Positions 1 to 10,800 of a stretch of 64,000 bases of DNA are shown piece by piece; position 1 is the first letter of the stretch, and every line of letters starts with the position of its first letter. The stretch is taken from assembly GCA_963766715.1 (NCBI GenBank), contig CAVYBH010000008.1, positions 64,001 to 128,000 of the forward strand. The letters run 5' to 3'. Position numbers and translations under genes: made by a program. The stretch is from an uncultured delta proteobacterium. Lineage in GTDB: Bacteria; Myxococcota; Myxococcia; Myxococcales; Anaeromyxobacteraceae. Below the pieces are notes generated by a model. That model searched no databases and was not told the DNA's origin. It was given only the letters and a program-made list of their open reading frames with translations.

Positions 1-238
1 GAGCCTCGACGAGGTGGAGGCCCGCCTGCGGGCCCGGGGGCCGACCGCGGTGGTCGCCGGCGACGACCGGCTGCTCGTGTTCTGCGAGTACGGAGATCCG
101 GCGCTCTTCTCCGAACTGGCGAAGGAGCTTGCCCGCGACCTGCGGGCAACCGAGAATTCCTTCGTCTTCCGGCGGATACCGGCGCTTCCGCTCACCGCGA
201 GCGGAAAGCCCGACTACCAGAAGCTCGTGCCGCCGTAG
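1..238 (+). CDS. 3' end of an AMP-dependent synthetase/ligase (partial, starts before the window)
   Basis: SLDEVEA...LPLTASGKPDYQKL carries the A10 lysine motif of the adenylating-enzyme C-terminal subdomain. Stop at 236-238, just upstream of the NRPS. Confidence 0.75.
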   Translation, partial: SLDEVEARLRARGPTAVVAGDDRLLVFCEYGDPALFSELAKELARDLRATENSFVFRRIPALPLTASGKPDYQKLVPP

Positions 239-265
239 ACGCTCCGTCGATTCGAAGGGGGGGGA

Positions 266-3200
266 ATGGTTTCAGGCCGCGATGGATCGCCAGATGGCTG
301 GACGGCGCTCGAGCTGCGCCTGGCCCGGATTCTGGGAAGAGGTCCTCGGGCGGGAATCCGTCGACCGGGAGGACGACTTCTTCTCGCTGAACGGCTCCTC
401 GATCACGGTCATCGAGCTGCTGGCGCGCGTTCACGGCGAGACCGGCGTCGAGCTGGGATTCCAGGACGTCTTCCGGGCCCCGGTCCTCCACGAGCTCGCC
501 GAGCTGATCGAGAAGGCCACGGGCGGAGACCGCTCCAGGCGCCACCTCCCGGATCGCGCGTTCGCCCCCGCGGGAGGAATACCCCCTCTCCTTCGCGCAG
601 TCCCGCCTCTGGTTCCTGGAGGAGCTCTACCCGGGGATGCCCGCGTACCGGACCATCACGGGAATCTCCCTTCGCGGCGCGCTCCGCCTCCCCGAGCTGC
701 GGACCGCGCTCGACCAGGTGGTGGCCCGCCACGCCATCCTGCGCACCACCTTCCACGCCCACGGCGGCGTCCCGGTCCAGGTGATCCAGCCAGCCTCGCC
801 GGTCCCGCTTCCCGCGGTGGATTCTGCGCGGACACGCGTCCCCCGAGGACGAGGTCCGGCGCCTGGTGCGGGTGGACGTGCGGGCACCGATGGACCTGGA
901 GGAGGGCCCGTTGTTCCGGGCCAGGCTCGTCCGGCTCGGAGAGGAGGAGCACCTCCTTCTCCTCACCATCCACCACATCGTCTTCGACGCCTGGTCCCGG
1001 AAGGTGCTCCTGCGGGATCTCGGCGCCTTCTACCGCCGGGCGTGCCGAGGACGCGACCGCCGTCGAGGCGGTCGAGCCGCTCCCGGTCGACTACGTCGAC
1101 TTCGCGGTGTGGGAGCGCTCGCCCGAGAACGACGCCCGGCTCGAGGTCGACCGCGCCTTCTGGAAGGAGCACCTCGGCCGGGATCCGATTCCGCTCGAGC
1201 TCGCGACCGACGAGGCGCGGCCGGCGGTCGAACGGTTCGAGGGGCTGCGCGAGACCCTGAGCCTTCCGCCGGAGGTCTGCGCCGGGCTGGAGCGCCTCGC
1301 CGCGGCGAAGGGAAGCTCCCTCGCCACGGTGGTCCTGGCGGGCCTCCAGGCCCTGCTCCATCGCCACACGGAGAGCGATTCGGTGGTGCTCGGCCTGGTG
1401 GTCGGAGGGCGGGACCAGGCGGGCACGGAGCCGCTCGTCGGCCTCTTCATGAACGAGCTCGCCCTGCGCACCGACGTGGCGCCCGACGAGACCTTCTCCA
1501 CCCTGCTCGCCCGGGCGACCCAGGCCACGCGGGACGCGCTCGCCCACCAGGGCCTCCCGCTCGACGAGCAGATCCGCATCGCACGCCCGGGTCGCCAGAT
1601 CGACCTGTCGCCCCTGTTCCGCGTCGCCTACAACTTCAAGCCCCGGCTGCAGGCCACCGTGGACTTCGGCGGCGGACTGGTGGGGGCGGACGTCGACCTC
1701 GATCCCGGCGTGGCGCTCATCGATCTGATCCTGAACGCGGTGCAGGTCGACGAGGGGCTGGCCGTTCACTTCGACTACGACCGCGACCTGTTCCGGCCCA
1801 CCACGGTGAAGCGCCTCGCCCTGCACCTCCGGGCCCTCCTCGAGGGCGCGATCGCCGACCCGGACCGGCCCGTGGCGCGCCTTCCCCTGATGAGCGCCCC
1901 GGAGCGGGAAACGGTGCTGCGAGGCGTCGCAGGGGCCGTGGCCGGCGGAGGCGGCGCCGGACGTGGTGGAGCGGATCCGGGAGCAGGCGGTTCGGCGCCC
2001 GGAGCACGTGGCGGTGGAGGCGCCGGACGGGAAGCTGACGTACGCCGAGCTCGAGGCGGCGAGCAACCGGCTGGCGCGGAAGCTCCGCTCGCTGGGCGTG
2101 GTCCGGGAATCGCGGGTGGGCGTGGCCGTTCCGCGCGGGGCGCGCGAGCTGTGCGCGCTGCTGGGGACGCTCAAGGCGGGCGGGGCCTACGTCCCGGTCG
2201 ACCCCGGTCACCCGGTGGAACGGGTGCGCGTGATCCTGGAGGACGCCGCCCCGGAGGTGCTGATCGCGCCGTCGGACTCGCCGCTGCGCGACGCCATGCC
2301 GCCGGGGACGCGCGCTCGCTCGCGCTCGACGACCTGGCGGCCGCCACCGCCGGCCTCGACGGCTCGCCGCTCGACGAAGCCTTCGACCCGGAGCAGCTGG
2401 CCTACATCCTCTTCACCTCCGGCTCGACCGGGCGCCCCAAGGGCGTGGAGGTGCTGCGCGGCGGCTTCGCCAACTTCCTGCGCTCCATGGCGAGGGAGCC
2501 GGGGCTCCGGGAAGACGACCGCTTCCTCGCCATCACCACCACCACCTTCGACATCTCCGGCCTCGAGCTCTTCGGGCCGCTCTGGGTCGGGGCGACGACC
2601 GCCATCGTCGACCGCCAGACCTCCATGGACCCCCGCCTCCTCGGGGACCTGCTCGCCACGGGAGGATTCACCGTCCTGCAGGCCACGCCGGCCACCTGGC
2701 GCATGCTCGTCGACGCCGGATGGAAGGGCACGCCGGGGCTGCGGATGTTCTGCGGCGGCGAGGCCCTGAGCCGCGACCTCGCCGACCGCCTCCTCGAGCG
2801 GGGCGGCGAGCTCTGGAACCTCTACGGCCCCACCGAGACCACCGTCTGGTCGACCCTCGACCGCATCCTCCCGGACGGCGCGCGCATCACCATCGGTCGC
2901 CCCGTCGACCGGACCCGGGTCTACGTCCTCGACCCGTCGCTCTCGCTCGTGCCGCCCGGCGTCGTCGGGGAGATCTTCATCGGCGGCGACGGCGTCGCCC
3001 GCGGCTACCGGGGGCGCCCCGACCTCACCGCCGAGAGGTTCCTCCCCGACCCCTTCGGCCCTCCGGGCTCCCGCTTCTACCGGACGGGCGACCTCGGCCG
3101 CCTCCTCGAGGACGGGCGCTTCGAATGCCTCGGCCGCACCGATCACCAGGTCAAGGTTCGCGGCTTCCGCATCGAGCTCGGCGAGATCGAGGCCGCCCTG

Positions 3201-6200
3201 CGGACCGTCCCGGGCGTTCGCGAGGTGGTCGTCGTCGCCGAGAGGCGAGCCGAGGGCGACCCTCGCCTCGTCGCCTACTGGACCGGCGACGTGGAGCGCC
3301 TCGCGCTCTACGAGCGGGCCCGCAGCGCGCTCGCGCCGTACATGGTTCCCTCCGCCTACGCCCGGCTCGACGCCTTCCCGCTCACCACCAGCGGCAAGAT
3401 CGACCGCAAGGCCCTGCCCAGCCCGGACGACGTCGCCTCCGACGACGTCCCCGCCCTCGTCCTGCGCCCGCGCGACGACACCGAGGCCCGCATCGCCTCC
3501 ATCTGGGCCGACGTCCTCGGCCTCGACGCCGTCGGCGTCGACCAGGACTTCTTCGCCCTCGGCGGCACCTCGCTCCTCGCCATCCAGGCCCGCTCCCGCA
3601 TCGAGCAGGAGTTCGGCCTCGAGGTTCCCCTCCGCGCCTTCTTCGAATCCCCCACCGTCTCCTCCATCGCCAGCGGGGCTCGGCTCCAGCGCCGCGCCGG
3701 CAGGACCGTCCGCGGCCGGCCCGAGCAGCGTCCGGGCGACCGACCCGGAGGCGCCGGGGGCCGACGCGCGGTCCCTCGCCCTCGGGCTGGCCCGGGCGCG
3801 CGCCGTTCCCCTCACGGCTCGACAGAGCCTGATGTGGCTGGACCAGCAGCTCTTCCCGCACGCCCGCTACCACAACCTGGTCCTCACCCTCTCGATCACC
3901 GGCGACCTCGACATCGAGCGGTTCCGGCGCGCCTGGGCGGATACCGTGGCCAGGCGGGACTTCCTCCGGATCGCCGTGAGCCCGCGCGGGGCCAGCCAGC
4001 GCCTGGTGGAGGTCTCTCCCCCGACCTCCCGCTCGTGGACCTGAATCCCGAACGGCTCCAGGCCTGGGTCGCCGAGCACGGCACCCGGTCCTTCACCTCC
4101 GACGGGGTGCGCTGGGAAGCGGCGCTCCTCCGCCTCGACCGGGAGCACCACGTCTTCTTCCTCGCCACCGACCACATCCTGGTCGACGCGCTCTCGCTCC
4201 GGGTCGCCGTCGCCGACCTGGACCTCCTCTACCAGGGAAAGGCGCCTCCACCGCCTCGCTCGTTCGCCGAGTACCTCGACTTCGAGGCGCACTACAGGGC
4301 GTCGGCCGGCGCGGAGCTGGACCGTGCCTACTGGGAACGCAAGGTGGCCCTCGGGGCACCGCCCCTTCGCCCGTATGGCCTTCGGCGCACCGATCCCTCG
4401 GTGGCCGCCGAGGTCCGCTGGACCGACGCGGATCCGGTGCGAGGGGGGCGCCTGCTCGAGCTGACGCGGTCCGAGGCGTTCCGTTCCGTGAATGGACCGC
4501 TGTCCAGGATGGTGGTGTTCGCCACGGCCCTGGCGGCCTTCCTCCACCGCATCACCGGCAATCGCGAGGTGGTGCTGGGAGCCCCCGTCGCCAACCGGAA
4601 CCCGCGCTTCGCATCGACCAGCGGGCTCCTCATGGAGCAGGTCTTCCTGCGGATCCTCGTCGAGGAGGAGGACACCTTCGAGACGCTGGCTCGCAGGGTT
4701 CACTCGGAGCTGCTGGAGTCCCTCCGCCACGGGCAGGCCTGCGTGAGCGACCGCGGGATGGAGTACGTGACGCTGAACCTCCTGCCCCCACTCCCGACCT
4801 CGTTCGGCGAGCTCGCGGTGGAGATGCACGCTCGACGCCGCCGCGTCGCTCGGCGGGCCCCAGGCAGGCACCGGCGATCTCCGCGATACCTTGCGACTCC
4901 AGATCGTGGACTCGGCATCGAGCGACCTGATCCAGGTCGGCTTCGTCTTCCACAAGGCGACGTTTCCCCGCGAGGTCCAGGAGCGCGTCCTCGACCATTT
5001 CCACCGGATCCTGGACACGATGTCGGCGGATCCCGCCACGTCGATCGAGTCGGTGGGGCTTCAGGACGAGGTCGAACGCGACGGCGGTGCTCCAGGCGTC
5101 GCAGGGGCCGTGGCCGGCGGAGGCGGCGCCGGACGTGGTGGAGCGGATCCGGGAGCAGGCGGGTCGGCGGCCGGAGCACGTGGCGGTGGAGGCGCCGGAC
5201 GGGAAGCTGACGTACGCCGAGCTCGAGGCGGCGAGCAACCGGCTGGCGCGGAAGCTCCGCTCGCTGGGCGTGGTCCGGGAGTCGCGGGTGGGCGTGGCCG
5301 TTCCGCGCGGGGCGCGCGAGCTGTGCGCGCTGCTGGGGACGCTCAAGGCGGGCGGGGCCTACGTCCCGGTCGACCCCGGTCACCCGGTGGAACGGGTCCG
5401 CGTGATCCTGGAGGACGCCGCCCCGGAGGTGCTGATCGCGCCGTCGGACTCGCCGCTGCGCGACGCCATGCCGCCGGGGACGCGGCTGCTCGCGCTCGAC
5501 GACCTGGCGGCCGCCACCGCCGGCCTCGACGGCGCGCCGCTGGACGAAGCCTTCGACCCGGAGCAGCTGGCCTACATCCTCTTCACCTCCGGCTCGACCG
5601 GGCGCCCCAAGGGCGTGGAGGTGCTGCGCGGCGGCTTCGCCAACTTCCTGCGCTCCATGGCGCGGGAGCCCGGGCTCCGGGAGGACGACCGCTTCCTCGC
5701 CATCACCACCACCACCTTCGACATCTCCGGCCTCGAGCTCTTCGGGCCGCTCTGGGTCGGGGCGACGACCGCCATCGTCGACCGCCAGACCTCCATGGAC
5801 CCCCGCCTCCTCGGGGACCTGCTCGCCACGGGAGGATTCACCGTCCTGCAGGCCACGCCGGCCACCTGGCGCATGCTCGTCGACGCCGGATGGAAGGGCA
5901 CGCCGGGGCTGCGGATGTTCTGCGGCGGCGAGGCCCTGAGCCGCGACCTCGCCGACCGCCTCCTCGAGCGGGGCGCCGAGCTCTGGAACCTCTACGGCCC
6001 CACCGAGACCACCGTCTGGTCGACCCTCGACCGCATCCTCCCGGACGGCGCGCGCATCACCATCGGTCGCCCCGTCGACCGGACCCGGGTCTACGTGCTC
6101 GACCCGTCGCTCTCGCTCGTGCCGCCCGGCGTCGTCGGGGAGATCTTCATCGGCGGCGACGGCGTCGCCCGCGGCTACCGGGGACGTCCCGACCTCACCG

Positions 6201-7655
6201 CCGAGAGGTTCCTCCCCGACCCCTTCGGCCCTCCGGGCTCCCGCTTCTACCGGACGGGCGACCTCGGCCGCCTCCTCGAGGACGGGCGCTTCGAATGCCT
6301 CGGCCGCACCAATCACCAGGTCAAGGTTCGCGGCTTCCGCATCGAGCTCGGCGAGATCGAGGCCGCCCTGCGCGGCCGTCCCGGGCGTTCGCGAGGTGGT
6401 CGTCGTCGCCGAGAGGCGAGCCGAGGGCGACCCTCGCCTCGTCGCCTACTGGACGGGCGACGTGGAGCGCCTCGCGCTCTACGAGCGGGCCCGCAGCGTG
6501 CTCGCGCCGTACATGGTTCCCTCGGCCTACGCCCGGCTCGACGCCTTCCCGCTCACCACCAGCGGCAAGATCGACCGCAAGGCCCTGCCCAGCCCCGACG
6601 ACGTCGCCTCCGACGACGTCCCCGCCCTCGTCCTGCGTCCGCGCGACGACACCGAGGCCCGCATCGCCTCCATCTGGGCCGACGTCCTCGGCATCGACGC
6701 CGTCGGCGTCGACCAGGACTTCTTCGCCCTCGGCGGCACCTCCCTCCTCGCCATCCAGGCTCGCTCCCGCATCGAGCAGGAGTTCGGCCTCGAGATTCCC
6801 CTCCGCGCCTTCTTCGAATCCCCCACCGTCTCCTCCATCGCCAGGGGGCTCTCGGCGCCGCGGTCGACCCCGACGAGCCCATCGTCGCCTGGTTGTCCCG
6901 CAAGCCGGCTGGCGTGCCCCCGGTCTTCTGCCTGCTCGGGATCCAGCTCTACCAGGACGTCGCCGAGGCCCTCGGCGGCAGCCAGCCGGTGGTGGGCATC
7001 CACGTCCCGGTCCGGTACCGCCCCGGCGACAGCGCCTCCATCCAGATCGAGGCCATCGCCGCGCGATACGTCTCGCTGATCCGTTCCATCCAGCCGAGCG
7101 GCCCGTATCACCTGGCGGGCTTCTGCTTCGGGGGGGTGGTGGCCTACGAGGTGGCGCGACAGCTGGAGCGCGCGGGCCTGGAGGTCGCCCAGGTGGCAAT
7201 CTTCGACGGGGGGCTGCCCGGCGCCTTCCGGACGCAGCGCCTGGCCCAGATCCGCGAGGCTGGCTCCTACCTGATCCGGCCGTCCAGGGCCCTTGCGTGG
7301 TTCCGTCGCCGTCGACGCAGCCGCGCCGCGTCGGTCCGGCCATCGGCGAGCCCGGCGAGAGGGCCTCGTCGATCTCGACGTCACCAGCCCTGAGCTGCGA
7401 GTGACGGGGCGCAGGTACGAGCGCACGCTGGGCCGGATCCGCGCGCACGTGCTGGTGTTTCGCGCCCTCTACCGGGAACTGGGAGTCGGCGTGCAGGTCG
7501 ACCCCGATCTCGGGTGGTCCCGCTTCGCGGAGCGGGTGTCGGTCTGCATCGTCCCGGCCGTCCACATGGACCTGGTCCAGGCTCCGCAGGCCGAGACAGT
7601 GGCCGCAAGATGGACCGAGGAGCTCCAGATACGGGGCGCCCTGCCTCGAGCCTGA
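266..7655 (+). CDS. Non-ribosomal peptide synthetase, T-C-A-T-C-A-T-TE (stitched across several frameshifts)
   Basis: T0 DDFFSLNGSSIT (~370-410). C1 LSFAQSRLWFL, RHAILRTTF, HHIVFDAW (~970-995). A1 YILFTSGSTGRPKG, NLYGPTE, YRTGDL, GRTDHQVKVRG, SGKIDRKAL. T1 DFFALGGTSLL (~3545). C2 DHILVDA (4170-4190). A2/T2 are copies of A1/T1. TE PYHLAGFCFGG (7118-7132), IFDG, and VHMDL (His 7563-7565). Confidence 0.92.
1922..3673 (+). repeat. Copy 1 of a ~1.75-kb near-identical direct repeat (A-T didomain)
   Basis: Reads almost base for base like 5094-6844, from aggcgtcgcaggggccgtgg to ctccatcgccag. Confidence 0.95.
5094..6844 (+). repeat. Copy 2 of the ~1.75-kb direct repeat (A-T didomain)
   Basis: Same sequence as 1922-3673 with scattered substitutions. 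Confidence 0.95.
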
Positions 7656-7897
7656 CCCACCCAGCCTGCCGCTCGACCGAACGAACGGGCAGTCGCCCGC
7701 CCAGTCTCGGCCCCTACCCGGAAGGGAACGTCAGGATCCAGGGGGCCGTCCTGTCCTTCTCAAGGCAACGCCGCGCCGGCTCTCCATCCCGTGTCCCGGG
7801 ACTCCACGACATCCGAAGACAGGATGTGTGCGAGTGGGGCAAAGGTGGGAAAAGGTAACTGGGAGTTTATCTGGCGGGAACAAGGCGAGGGGTGGGA

Positions 7898-10800
7898 ATG
7901 ACTCGGAATCTCAGGGCCGTCGCAATGGTGTTGCTTCTCGCGTCCTGCGGCGACGGGGACTCCCCTGGACGGCGCGCTCCGTCGGCGGACGCTTCGCCGC
8001 GGCTCGACGCCGGCTCGCGGACCTTCGGCTACAACACGACCGACGGATTTTACTACGCGTCTCACAACTGGCCCCTGGTCAACAATCACCAGGTGCAGCA
8101 GGCCACGCTGACGGAGCCGGGACTCCTCACGGCGATCCGGACGTATTTCTACACCGTCAAGGATGCGCCTGGCTCCGCCATGCGCGTTCGCGGCCTCATC
8201 TACACCGACGAGCAAGGAGCCCCGGGCACGCTGCTCGCGGTGACCCCGGAGGTGACCAACATCGTCGGCGCCGCATGGCGCGAGCTCCCGCTCAGTCCCC
8301 CCATCCAGCTGGAGCCCGGGACCTACTGGATCGGCATCTGGGCCGACGGCAGCCAGGAGGCGCTGTCCCGACCTGGCGTCAATCGCTACAAGCCCGTCCC
8401 GTACAGCACGCTCGGTCCGGCGCAGAATCCCTGGCTCCAGGATTTCAATGGCGGCGTGGACGGCGGCGTCATCCGGCCCGTCTGCGGCGTCTATACGCCC
8501 GCCAGCACAATCACGGCCTCCGTGTCGCTCCAACCCAGCAGCGTGGTCGGCGGTACGGGCGCGACCGGAACGGTCACCCTTTCCGACGTTGCCCCCGCCG
8601 GCGGCGCCGTGATCGCGCTCGCGAGCAGCAACGTGGAGGTGGCCACGGTGCCAGCAAGCGTCACCGTGGACGCCGGCGCGACCTCGGCCACCTTCGCCGT
8701 GACGACCACGGCGGTGACTGCCACGGCGAACGTCACGGTCACCGCTGGCTACGGCGGCGGGACGCGAACCGCGAGCCTGGCGGTCAATCCTGCGCCGGTC
8801 GTCGTCACCCTCTCCTCGGTCTCTGTCAGCCCCGCCAGCGTCGTGGGCGGAACGGGTTCGACCGGCACGGTCACCCTTTCTTCCGCCGCTCCGGCCGGTG
8901 GCGCCGTGGTCACGCTCGCGAGCAGCAACGCCGCGGTGGCGACGGTCCCCGCGAGCGTCACCGTCCCTGCCGGCGCGACCTCGATTGGCTTTGCCATCGC
9001 GACGACGGACGTGCCGGCCTCGACGATCGCCACGATCACCGCCGCCTATGGAGGGTCCACGCGGACGGCGATCCTGGCGGTCGACCAGGCGCCGGTCGTC
9101 GTCACCCTCGCCTCGGTCTCCCTCAATCCCGCCAGCGTCGTGGGCGGAACCGGGTCACCGGCACGGTCACCCTCTCCTCCGCCGCTCCGGCGGGCGGCGC
9201 CGTGATCGCGCTCGCGAGCAGCAACGCCGCGGCGGCGGTCCCCGCGAGCGTCACGGTCCTCGCCGGCGCGACCTCGGCCACCTTCGCCGTGACGACCACG
9301 GCGGTGACTGCCACGGCAAACGTCACGGTCACCGCGGCCTACGGCGGCGGGACGCGCACCGCGAGCCTGGCGGTGAATCCGGCGCCGGTGGTCGTCACCC
9401 TCGCCTCGGTCTCCCTCAATCCCGCCAGCGTCGTGGGCGGAACGGGCTCGACCGGCACGGTCACCCTCTCCTCCGCCTCTCCGTCGGGTGGCGCCGTGGT
9501 CACGCTCTCCAGCAGCAACGCCGCGGCAGCGGTCCCCGCGAGCGTCACGGTCCTGGCCGGCGCGACCTCGGCGACCTTCGCCGTGACGACCACGGCGGTG
9601 ACTGCCGCGGCCAACGCCACGGTCACCGCGGCTTACGGCGGCGGGACGCGACCGCGATCCTGGCAGTCAATCCCGCGCCGGTCGTCGTCACCCTCGCCTC
9701 GGTCTCCCTCAATCCGCGCCAGCGTCGTGGGCGGAACGGGCTCGACCGGCACGGTCACCCTCTCCTCCGCCGCTCCGGCCGGCGGCGCCGTGGTCGCGCT
9801 CGCCAGCAGCAGCGCCGCGGTGGCGTCGGTCCCCGCGAGCGTCACGGTCCTTGCCGGCGCGACCTCGGCTGGCTTCGCCGTGACGACACGGCGGTGACCT
9901 GCTGCGGCAAACGTCACAGATCACCGCGGTCTACGGAGGGTCCACGCGGACCGCGAACCTGGCGTCAACCGGCGCCGTCGTCGTACCCTCGCCTCGGTCT
10001 CCCTCAATCCCGCCAGCGTCGTGGGCGGCACCGGGTCGACCGGCACGGTCACCCTCTCCTCCGCCGCTCCGGCCGGCGGCGCCGTGGTCACGCTCGCGAG
10101 CAGCAGCGCCGCGGCGGCGTCGGTCCCCGCGAGCGTCACGGTCCTCGCCGGCGCGACCTCGGCCGCCTTCGCGGTGACGACCACGGCGGTGACTGCCACG
10201 GCCAACGTCACGGTCACCGCGGGCTACGGCGGCGGGACGCGCACCGCGATCCTGGCGGTCAATCCTGCGCCGGTCGTCGTCACCCTCGCCTCGGTCTCCC
10301 TCAATCCCGCCAGCGTCGTGGGCGGAACCGGGTCGACCGGCACGGTCACCCTCTCCTCCGCCGCTCCGGCGGGCGGCGCCGTGGTCACGCTCGCGAGCAG
10401 CAGCGCGGCGGCGGCGGTCCCCGCGAGCGTCACGGTCCTGGCCGGCGCGACCTCGGCCACCTTCGCCGTGACGACCAGGCGGTGACTGCCACGGCCAACG
10501 TCACGGTCACCGCGGCTACGGCGGCGGGACGCGCACCGCGAGCCTGGCGGTCAATCCTGCGCCGGTCGTCGTCACCCTCGCCTCGGTCTCCCTCAATCCC
10601 GCCAGCGTCGTGGGCGGAACGGGCTCGACCGGCACGGTCACCCTCTCCTCCGCCGCTCCGGCCGGCGGCGCCGTGGTCACGCTCGCGAGCAGCAGCGCCG
10701 CGGCGGCGGCGGTCCCCGCGAGCGTCACGGTCCTGCCGGCGCGACCTCGGCCGCCTTCGCCGTGACGACCACGGCGGTGACTGCCACGGCCAACGTCACG

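Noticed and set aside
2208..6316. Long antisense ORFs over the NRPS and other genes
   Set aside because: These are expected shadow ORFs in high-GC DNA with strong third-position bias, and they carry no recognisable motifs.
1922..6844. 1.75-kb direct repeats considered as IS copies flanking a composite transposon
   Set aside because: They encode NRPS A-T domains and show no transposase or terminal inverted repeats.
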